A DNA stretch of 64,000 nucleotides from Camelus dromedarius. Lineage: Eukaryota. The notes beneath the pieces were generated by a model. The model saw only the letters and a program-made list of their open reading frames with translations. It made no database searches and was not told where the DNA came from. Both the position numbers and the translations under genes were made by a program. The stretch is from the NCBI RefSeq assembly GCF_036321535.1, contig NC_087436.1:101744001-101808000 (forward strand), in the 5' to 3' direction. Numbering within the stretch: position 1 is the first letter of the stretch; the number at the start of each line of letters is the position of its first letter. Positions 13,099 through 23,025 of this stretch are shown here, in pieces.

Positions 13099-13553
13099 TA
13101 GTCAACTTAAGTTTTATAATTTTAATTTTAAACAATTATTTTTAAAATTCAAATTTACAGTCAATATTCCAGCACCTCTCATTGCTTTAAGAAAGATCTC
13201 TATTTACAATATAGCTTAAGACAGTGGATAACAAATAGTAAATTCTCAAAAATATTATCAATTATTATGCTGGCATATTCTGAAATTTAGTCTTTAGTCA
13301 AAAACATGGGAAAGCTTCTTTTCAAATGTTACTTGACACTCTGGTACAATTCTGAGCGGAAAGAAACACACACATACATACATACATAGCATTCAGACAA
13401 CAACATGAAGTCTCTATTAAATTTACTGATCACAGCTGAAAAAAATAATGAATAATCCTGTCTATGGTTACTTTTGAGAGCCACTTCCAGGCCTAGATCA
13501 TTGCCTAATTTGTAAGTGAGATTTCAGAAAGAATTTTTCTTTTTCGTATTTTT

Positions 13554-13704
13554 CTTTTTTAATTTTTAATTTTTAAATTTTTTGTGGGTGGAGCTAAGAG
13601 CTAATTAGGTTTATTTATTTAGCCTTGGAGGAGGTACTGGGGATTGAACCCAGGACCTCATGCATGCCAAGCAGGTGCTCTACCGCTTGAGCTATACCCT
13701 CCCC
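13554..13704 (-). mobile_element. tRNA-Ala-derived SINE, Vic-1-like (camelid)
   Basis: Minus strand GGGGAGGGTATAGCTCAAGCGGTAGAGC...GGTTCAATCCCCAGTACCTCC with Pol III A and B boxes, then 'aaataaataaacctaatta' and an A-rich tail; 18-bp TSD with 2 mismatches at 13536-13553 / 13705-13722. Confidence 0.9.
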
Positions 13705-14010
13705 TTTCTTGTTTGTATTTTTAAAAGGAGTCACAACAGTGTACTGGAAGCACAAAGGATTTCGTTCTGTGCTGGAAGAGCTTCAGTAAGCACTGTGCTT
13801 CTCGGGCCTTCAGGCCAGTTTCAGAATATGATTCCTCATCACCAGATTCCAGTGCCTGGTGGTTTTCTCTCCAAGTTGAGTAAATCTGATAATACAGGTG
13901 CTGAATCTGAACATTGAATCTTAACTGTACAGGTGATTCATGGAAACAAATCAATCATTTGTTGTAGTGACAGCAGCAATCACATTCAAATTTCTCTCAG
14001 TTTTGCATAC

Positions 14011-14493
14011 TGTAAAAAATATCCTCCTTGGTGACACATATGGTGGGACAAGTTGTAGCTACTGGTGTTGGAGAAGGTCATTGAGATGATGTGACTGCTG
14101 CTTGACCTATGAGCTGGACCTGGGCCATCAGAGTCTCTCACTCCCTTCCTTATTCTTGGAATGTAGATTGTGTGCCCACCATTCTCCTACTAGGATATGT
14201 TTCAGGAACATCGCCTTGAGAGAGCAGTGTGTCATTTAGACTATCTAAGCTACATACGTGATAGAACTCACTTGAGATCTTTATGTAAGATTTCAGATCC
14301 TGATGGGCAGATACAGAGCCCTACTCATCTTGTGGCGCCAAGACAAGACTTGTATATATGTCGCCTTGCTTATTAACCCTGCCACCTACCAGTCTGGAGT
14401 GAGCTGCCTCTTTCTTCTGTCTCTCCTTGCCCTCCATGTATGGTGGCCAGTCTCAGATTTCACCCAGGAAATTCCCAAGGCTGTGAACCAACA
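14011..14493 (+). mobile_element. Old LTR (ERVL MER54/MER74-like)
   Basis: GC-richer block with LTR-like R/U5 'cttgcttattaaccctgccacctaccagtctggagtgagctgcctctttc', ending 'gaaccaaca'; TSD unresolved, left edge approximate. Confidence 0.55.
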
Positions 14494-16959
14494 GTGAGAA
14501 ATATGAACCTAAGATCGAGGCATCCCGCTTAATTGTCTGAAGTAATAGCAATAGCACCGTGCCATTCACCTTCTGCTGGGTTCCCACGCTGGCTTACCAT
14601 TTTCACTGCAGCAAAAATTCAGCTTAATTGGGCTAGTGCCGTCTGTTATATAAATGACACATGGAATCAAATGCTTCCCTTTTCTGTGTTCTGAGTCGCA
14701 CACAAGGAATATTAATTAAAAAAAATAAAATTCACACTTCTTACTCTCAGCGAATTGCCCAGTGTCAAAATAGATGAGACTCTAGTCACAGAAATTACCT
14801 CTAGACCAGCTCATACTCTAAGATTTTTAATGGCTTTGTAATTTTTTCTCCACATATTTTTTTCTGTTGAAATGAACAAATGTTTACTTCTTGTCATTGT
14901 TTTCAGACACTGGCCTTCAATCATCTGTGTTAAAAAATTGACCTATGCTTCTAGAAACCATGTTTTTAAAAACAAAAGACAATTACAAAGTTGTCAGTGA
15001 ATTTGTTCAATATAGACATGAATATATTTGCTTTTTTGAGCAGAAATGTTCCAGAGGTTAAAAATAATGCTAATAAACGTCAGTGAATAAATTTATAAAG
15101 GTCTTAAACATGATTGACAAAATTCCTGAAAATGTAACTTGGGAGGAGAAAAGCTAGAAGAATTCAGGGTGGAATCCATGTGAAAGAAAGAAGCAGAACG
15201 GTGTCACTAAGAAATCAGAACACAACCTGCATCTCTTCACTTTATGTAGCTCACATTTAATGCAATGTTAAAATCAGAAATATGGCAGACGATGCTGATA
15301 AGGACACTGGACAGCTAGTCCAAATACTTTTTGTCTAGCATATGTGCCATTAATTAATCTGGCAGCCTCGGACTGGTCAAGTCCTCACATATTTACATAT
15401 AAATTAAGTCTCTATATTAGATCCTCTATGAAGTCCTAAATTTTGATGTTAAATAACACAAAAAGAACCTGCTTAGATGAGTAAGTTAGGTGAAGTAAAT
15501 GAATAAATATATATTTATATATATACACACACATATATAGTTAGACCTAGTCTAAGGCTTGTGAATATAAGATCTTTGCACACATTAAAAATAATGACAC
15601 ATTACCTAAATACCAGCAAATCTGGACTGTCTTTAGTTTCCTCTTACCATTGCGAATTAATAGCGTACTGAGAAACTGGCAGAATGATCCAGACACCACT
15701 TAAAATAAACCAATATCAAATAAAGCTGCCCTGTATAGTAAAGAAAGCTTTCTCCTATCAATATGACTTTGAAAGAGGGAGCAACAAAAATCATAAATAA
15801 ATAAACCTGTTAAGAAGAAAAAAATGTTTCTTAAATGATTTCTTCCCATTTACAGTAAACTCACATTCCACCACTGATGGAGCTGACACGTGTAATATTG
15901 CCAACAACAAGCACATTTGCTGGAGGGCCCCACAGACCAGCAGAGAACTTTCACATTGCAAACTTGCTTTCTTCCCCTTTCTTCCCTGGTCTGTCATTCA
16001 TTCTTGCATTTCCTTACAACCACCTACTTTTCATCATCTCACATTTCTTTTTTTGGCCATTCTTTCACACAGCTCTGAAAAAAAAATATGTGTATATATA
16101 TATATCAGCTAGAATTTATTGCCCGTTTTTTTCTCATCTATCTGCAACATTGTTTGTACTGAAAATTGTCAATTAAGTGGGCTGAGAGTTGCTTATGATG
16201 AAATAACATCTTTAAGAAGGTTTCTACAAGGAATGCTGGGCCCTGCTCTTTTGAAAAGTGCTTCTTTTAAGAATTAGCTCTGCTTAGGACCATCCCATGG
16301 TCCTCTGACTTGCTTTGTCAGGATTTTAGCTGCTGCATCACTTAGCTGTGGGTATAGTTGGAAGCAGGTCAACGTGTGACTTATGCTTTAATAAAATGTT
16401 CCTGTTATTAGCTTACCTTGCCCCCTGTGTGCTCACTGCTGATTCAACGGTACTTCTAATTAGAGTTCTTAATTCTTGGCTATTTCAGTACCTGAATATT
16501 GTATTGCAGGTGCCGTTGTAAAAGAACTAATCAATAGTAAACAAATTATGGAGAATTAATTCCCTTATTTCCCTGCTTACATTCTGCAGGGTTTGGGTGT
16601 TTTTTTTTTTTTTTTCCTTCGTTACCTGGTCATCAAATTTTGTTAGATTGTCATGTTCCCTAAGATATCAAATCTTGAAAATAGCTCTCAAAGCATGACT
16701 CTATATTATTTTCTAAGTGACAACACCTTCTTCTCATGGTGTTATAGGGAATTCAGACATCCCTGGGGATTCTAAGCGAGATACAAAGCAGGTTACCCTC
16801 CGAGTCTGAAGGAGATAAATGTGTAAAACACTGTCCCAATGATGCTTTAGTCTGCTGACCTTGGTGTGGGAATGGAAAGCGATTTTAAATTCAAAGTGAA
16901 GTTAGTAGAGCTTCACAGCAACTTATTAGACTGATATTCTTGGCTTGCATTTTTCCCTC

Positions 16960-17395
16960 ATTTTGTGCCTGACCCCATCAGCCTCTGGAACTCATCACCG
17001 CAATCTAAATGCTCCCTCCTTTGTCAGTATCTAAATGCTTCTTCAAGCTTTTAGCAAGCTAACACAGCAGATTCCTAAGTAGCCTGTAGATTCTGTCTGC
17101 CTCCTCTTGTCTAGGGTCTGGTGAATGTCTACTCTTGTTTCAGGACTGGTATATACTCCTTCATTTTCACAAAGTTTTAGGTACTTATCCAGCACGCTTA
17201 GTGTTGCCTCTTTTATCATATTATATTCCACATTGTAATGTATTCCTTGTTAACATGTTTATTTTCCTTGTTGGACTGTGACATTGATGAAAGGAGAAGG
17301 CTCTGTACCCTATTAGAATTTGTATTTTCAATATCTGGTGTGAAGCCTCACATATCCTGCCTTCAATAAGTGTTTGTAGAATGACTGAGTGACTG
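16960..17395 (+). mobile_element. L2 3' region
   Basis: Ends 'ttgtattttcaatatctggtg...cttcaataagtgtttgtagaatgactgagtgac'. Confidence 0.55.
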
Positions 17396-17397
17396 TC

Positions 17398-17620
17398 TCA
17401 TAGTATGATGGTTAACTGCAGCTTTGTATCTGATAAAACTGAGTTCATGTTCTGGGCTCTGCCTCTGACTAGCTCTGTGACTTTGTTCATATCACTTCTC
17501 TTATTCTCAGGGTGCTTATTTGTAAAATGCGATCATAGTAGATTCAATCTCATAGGCTTATTGTAAGAAGTAATGATTACAAAGTTTGTCTCAGTGCCTG
17601 ATCTAATGACTGAACAATTG
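17398..17620 (+). mobile_element. MIR SINE
   Basis: Core 'ctgagttcatgttctgggctctgcctctgactagctctgtgactttg...atttgtaaaatg...ctcataggcttattgtaag'. Confidence 0.75.
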
Positions 17621-18389
17621 TATGTGTGTGTATGTGTATGAGTGTTTGTGTGCATTTCTACAAAACATATTCTGAAGCATTCATAAACACTGAATGGCAC
17701 ATAAAGAATACTACATAAATTGGTTCTATATAATATGATAAATAGAAACATACAAACACACAATTATATTCATATATTTCATTGGTATTAGAGAATATGG
17801 CAGTTCCTCTCCTGCACTCAAAATTGTTATTTTGGTTTTTGTCTTGTTTCGCTTTTTTTTTTCCTCACAGAAATACAGTAACAAACCAATGAGCTCCCCT
17901 GGTGTCTTGTCTTCTCTCCCTTTCTATGAACAGAAAGATTTTTTGTTTTATACAGTAACATAATTTGTTTTGAGATTATTTGAAAGTAAGTAACACCCCC
18001 TTCAATGAAGTACAATAGGATAACTTTTTCCCCCTATCTCAACACTATTCATCTTTATCTTAAAAAAATTGAGGCTGGTAAGTCTCACATTTCTCAACTG
18101 TAAAACTTAGGTGCCAAAATACATGGTTTTTAAATTCCCATTAATGTCAAAAAAATCAGCCAATGTTTATTTTGAGTATTTATAGCCAGGGTACCATGGA
18201 AGTTATTAAAACATCTATTAAGTGTATAATATATAAACTAACAATTTATCTCAGAAAAGAAATTGACATTTGAGGAGGTATTTGGGGCATATAGTCAGAG
18301 AAGAGTAGAGTCAGAATGGTTCATCATTCATTCATTTGCTGAATAGATTATTGATCTATCACTATGTATGAAATGGAACTAGTATGTAT

Positions 18390-18590
18390 GGAATGCTTAC
18401 AATATTCTAAATGTCATTCTTGACATGAATAATAACATCTAAATCTCTTTAATAGGCCCGTGTGTTATTATTATTATTATACGGGTGAGAAACAGAACGA
18501 CTAAAGAACTTGCTGAAACTCCATAGCAGGTAAATAGGAGATGTGGGAATCAAACTCGTGTCTTTCTCAATCTGCATCTCTTCACCAGCC
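18390..18590 (-). mobile_element. MIR SINE
   Basis: 'atacgggtgagaaacaga...taaagaacttgctgaaactccatagcaggtaaat...gggaatcaaactc'. Confidence 0.6.
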
Positions 18591-18839
18591 TTGGTGCCAA
18601 AGAAGGACTACACTTTCTCTGTGATTGGAGAGAATGAAGTGGACCCTAAAATGAACGAGGTGATGCTCCAAGCTCTGAGAAGGAAGCTCACTTTACATAA
18701 TGAGGAACTCTATGGTGTAGTGAGGTTCAAGGTTGCGTAACTAACTTCAAAGCCCTTATTCTCTCAATGTTCTCGCCATGACACTGAAAGAGAAATTCGT
18801 CACGTGGGCCTGAGAATAAAGGGTATTGAGTGAAAAATA

Positions 18840-18960
18840 GAGCATTCATTCATTTGTCATTGAAGATAGCCATTGAGCTCCTATCCTGTATAACGCATGG
18901 TGCCGGATGCTACAGACAGAATTATGCATGAAGCCCAGTCCCTGCTCTCAGTATCTGAAG
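18840..18960 (-). mobile_element. L2 3' end
   Basis: 'cattcattcatt...attgagctcctatcctgtataacgcatggtgccggatgctacag...cagtccctgctctc'. Confidence 0.55.
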
Positions 18961-20199
18961 AACATATGGTATTTATCTACTTACCTGGTTTCCTATTTCT
19001 AAGAGGCCCTGATCCTGATCCTTGCTTGGTTTTGTTTTTTTCTTTTTTCTTGTTTTTTTTTTAACTATCCCTTTGACATATTGCCCTGCCTTCTTGACAG
19101 GATACAATCTTCAAAACACTTTTTCCCTTGACTTTTGTTTCACTATGCAATTCTGGTTAATAATTTTTTTTTCTGATATATCCTTTTTGGTGTCCTTTGC
19201 CTTCCCTGTATTCACTTATTCTGTCTTATTTGTCTTTAGCACTTGCCATTGCCTCCTGAGTAGGACATGTGAGTTTTTAATGTGCTGTGTTCTGCCGGCT
19301 TATACTGCCTCCTAACAGATTGTGACCATCCATCACACTCATCTCATCTCAACTTCATCTTCAGCGGCTTCGTAATGGAAGCTTGAAAAATTTTTGCTAG
19401 TGTATACACCAAGAAAATGAGAAAAAATTACAAATCAGGGTTTTAAAAAAAGAACTTTGCCAGTCTGCTGCTGTTCATAAATCTCTAACTAGAGAGTATT
19501 TTTGTTCAGTGTCAAAGTAAATGCTTAGAAAAGTACCTGACACATAGTGGGTGATCCTAAATTATTATCATATGGATATTATTGAATAATCACTTATAAA
19601 ATACAGGAATTAATTGCAACTCTGAAGTTCTCTAAGCAACTGTTTAAAAAAAAACTGCACTATATTATATACCTTGGAAGAATTGAACATGTATTTTCTT
19701 AGAAATTCAGCGACTGAAATGAGTGAGTAAAACTCACTTATGTACTTACTGAAGATGACTTGCATAAAATCGATCCTTGTAATTATGCCAAATTGTCCAC
19801 TGTGAAAAAAAATACTGAAAATACACTGTGGAGAGCACTTTCTAAACTCTGCCAGGTGCTTATGCGTCTTAGAAAATAACTAAGTAGCCTTTCCAACTGC
19901 TGGGAAAGCATTGCAGAGCAAACACGCAAAAGTGAATAGAAGGTGAAATTAAAATGAAGTTAAATTATACAGAATTTAAATTTTACCCACAACTCCATCT
20001 ATTCCTATGAGGTTTCTCTTCTTTCCACAAGGAATATAAGCTGATATGTCCCTATTATAAGATAAAACATTATTTTAAAATTCTGCTTTGGCTCAGTTTC
20101 TGAATCATTCACCAAAGACTTATATTGAATCATATTCAAATATTTTTATTTGTATTTTCCTACATTCTTTTGCAAGCCTTAAGCTGGAGGAGGAAAAGA

Positions 20200-20472
20200 G
20201 GATAGCACAAAGATGAGAAAGACAGACTCGAGACTCAAGTCAAATGACTCGGATTTGATCCAGGCTCTACTACTTAGTAACTATGTGATTTGAAGAAAAT
20301 GATTAGCCTTTGTTTAGTGATTAGTACCTGTGTTTCCTCAGCAGAAGAAGTGGTTATAATAATAGTACTATTTTTGCTTAGAGTGTTCTTGTGAAAAATA
20401 AGTATGTTAAAATCTATACAACACTTAGAACAATACCTGGAGTCACTACATTTGCTGTGATTATTTATTGTC
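20200..20472 (+). mobile_element. MIR SINE
   Basis: 'ggatttgatccaggctctactacttagtaactatgtgatttg...ataatagtacta...acttagaacaatacctgg'. Confidence 0.7.
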
Positions 20473-20599
20473 AATGCTTTTTTTTCACATATATAAACTC
20501 CACAGTAAACACTTTCTAGTGTTCAGAATTTTCAATTAAGAAAATTTGTTTATATGAAATAGACAATTATGTTGTTTGCTATGAGTTTTGGGAAATCAC

Positions 20600-21110
20600 A
20601 AAATAGTCATTCAGAAATTCAGTACCTATAATGTTCTGGGACAACTAGCAGTGAGCAAAATGGGTGAAAAAAAATCCTTACTTTTGTGGAACTTAGATCC
20701 TGTTGTTTTTATCCTTTAAATGCTATGATCTGACAGCTGGAGAAGGAATATACCCAGCAAATTATATCACAAACACTGTAATAGGGTAAGTAAACACGGA
20801 ATAGTAAATAATTCGCAAATGAAGAATCATGGTAAAAATCATTAAGCTGCAACTTGAAGGATGACTGACAGTGTATTCACAAGAAAAATCAAGGAGAACA
20901 ATTCTTAGCGATTTGGGGAACAATATAATCTAAGCAGAAAAATCTGAGTGGAGTGGAGTTGAATGCAGCTTGAGAATTAGAAATAAGGTGATGTGTGATG
21001 AATGATGAAGCTGAAAATGTAATATTGGGAATAAGCAGTTGAGACCACATGAGAGTTGGGAGAATTTCTGTACACAGGCAATGGAGAGAAACTGAGGGTT
21101 TTAGTCTGAG
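20600..21110 (-). mobile_element. L2 fragment
   Basis: 'agtacctataatgttctgggacaactagcagtgagcaaaa...cttttgtggaacttaga...ttaagctgcaacttgaaggatga'. Confidence 0.5.
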
Positions 21111-21869
21111 TCTGTACAGGATTATGCTTACACACTGCATATTCCCATGACAGAAGCTAAGGATTCACCATTCTTTCCTTGCTTTTGGCAGCAATACAAT
21201 AGCTGTTACAAAACGATTCAATATCTCAACTTCCGAATTCTGGAGGCATCATTCATCAGCAATATGTTCTACTCATGTCACAGTCTTGATTTACAATTGA
21301 TAGCTTAGCTTTATGAAAGAGAGAGACAGCGAGAGGACTCTGCCTGACTGGTTGACATCCCCTAAACGTTTCTTCTTTGTTTATCAATCCCAGAGAACTT
21401 TATAAATTAATTTGTTCAATAGATATTCTCTGGCAAAAAGGCACTGGTCTAGCATTTAGAAGATGATAACAAGAATGAGACACAGAACTTTTATTTCATT
21501 TATGATGGGAGGGCAATGATCATAATATACAAATAATTGTTTTTCAGTTTGGAAGTTATTTTTATAATAAAAACAATTCAACAAAACGTTGGTGTGGGGT
21601 TCTGAGAAGAGACAGAAGAAATAGGATTCAGTTATCATTACAGATTGATATCAATGGATAATTGATTACTGATTGTTTCATCAAGGAGGTGGAGTTTAAA
21701 CTAGACTGTGAAAGATCTGAAGATTTTAGTAGAAGGAGGTTGAGGAGCATTCTGTATTCAAAGAAAAGGAGCTGCATGCACAAAAATGGGGAGATCTTTT
21801 TTTATTTGTTTTCTCTAGGATCCATTTATATCTTTTGTGTTATATGTCCACATATGTTTAGGGAGGCAA

Positions 21870-23025
21870 GTGAGAATGTTATACTCAGACTTTGGAGACA
21901 ATTACTTTCTCCAATACCAAAAGCTTTATTAGTCTCTGGGCAAATTCCTTAACTGCTGAGCCCGGCTTCTTGAGCTGCCAAATGGGAATAAGAATAGTTG
22001 CTACCTATTTTCCAATGAAGACATACAAATGGCCAAATGACACATGAAACAATACTCAATATAACTCATTATCAGAGAAATGCAAATCAAAACTACAATT
22101 TAATATTACCTCCCACCAGTCAGAATAGCCATAATTTAAAAGCCCACAAATGATAAGTGCTGGAGAGGGTGTGGGGAAAAGGAAACCTTCCTATACTGTT
22201 GATGGGAATGTAGTTTGGTGAAGCCACTATGGAAAACCATACGGAGATTCCTCAAAAAACTAAAAATAGACTTACCATATGATCCAGCAGTCCCACTCTT
22301 GGGCATATATCTGGAGGAAACTCAAATTCAAAAAGATACATGTACACCAAAGTTCATGGCAGCACTATACACAATAGCCAAGACATGGAAACAATCTCAA
22401 TTTCCATTGACAATTGAACAGATAAAGAAGTGTGCTATATTTTTACAATGGACTACTACTCAGTCATAAAAAAGAATAAGATAATACCTTTTGCAGCAAC
22501 ATGGATGGATCTGGAGATCATCATTCTAAGCGAAATAAGCCAGGAAGATAAAGAAAAATACCATATGGTATCACTTATATGTGGAATCTGAAAAAAAAGA
22601 CACAAATGAACTTATTTACAAAATAGAAATGGACTCACAGAAAACAAACTCATGGTTATTGGGGGAAAAGTGGGTAGGAAAGGATAAAATGAGAGTTCAA
22701 GATTTGTAGATACTACTATACATAAAATAGATAAACAACAAGTGTCTACTGTATATAGCACAGGGAACTATGTTCAATATCATAGAGTAACCTATGATGA
22801 AAAAGAACATGAAAAGGAATATATGTTTGTATATGTATGATTGAAACATTATGCTGTACATCAGAAATTGATACAACATTGTAAACTGAGTATAATTCAA
22901 TTTAAAAAAAGAAAGAATAGTTACTACCTGATAAGAATATTTTGAATATCAAAGAAAATAATACATAAAATAATATTAGAATAGTGACTGGCAGAGTATT
23001 CCACTCAAGAAACATTAGCTATTAA
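21870..23025 (+). mobile_element. MIR SINE split in two by an L1 insertion
   Basis: Left half ends 'gggcaaattccttaac...aaatgggaataagaatagttgctacct'; right half resumes at 22913 with '...ttagaatagtgactggcagagta...cattagctatta'. Confidence 0.7.
22007..22912 (+). mobile_element. 5'-truncated artiodactyl-type L1 (ORF2 C-terminus, 3' UTR, A tail)
   Basis: ORF 22215-22469 reads [29 protein letters not shown]...TIAKTWKQ (L1 ORF2p C-terminus); 17-bp TSD aagaatagtt(g/a)ctacct at 21990-22006 / 22913-22929. Confidence 0.95.

Noticed and set aside
13630..13704. Functional tRNA-Ala gene
   Set aside because: It has a SINE-specific 3' body, an A-rich tail and TSDs, an atypical GGC anticodon and a distorted acceptor stem. 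It is a SINE head.
18975..18990. Consensus minus-strand donor CAG|GTAAGT
   Set aside because: No pyrimidine tract or acceptor upstream, and it lies between L2 remnants. It is one of many isolated donor-like motifs (also near 34784, 47233 and 56204).
22215..22469. ORF with real protein similarity
   Set aside because: Fragment of L1 ORF2p in a 5'-truncated dead copy; the same applies to 28064-28282, 31178-31393 and 57811-58011.
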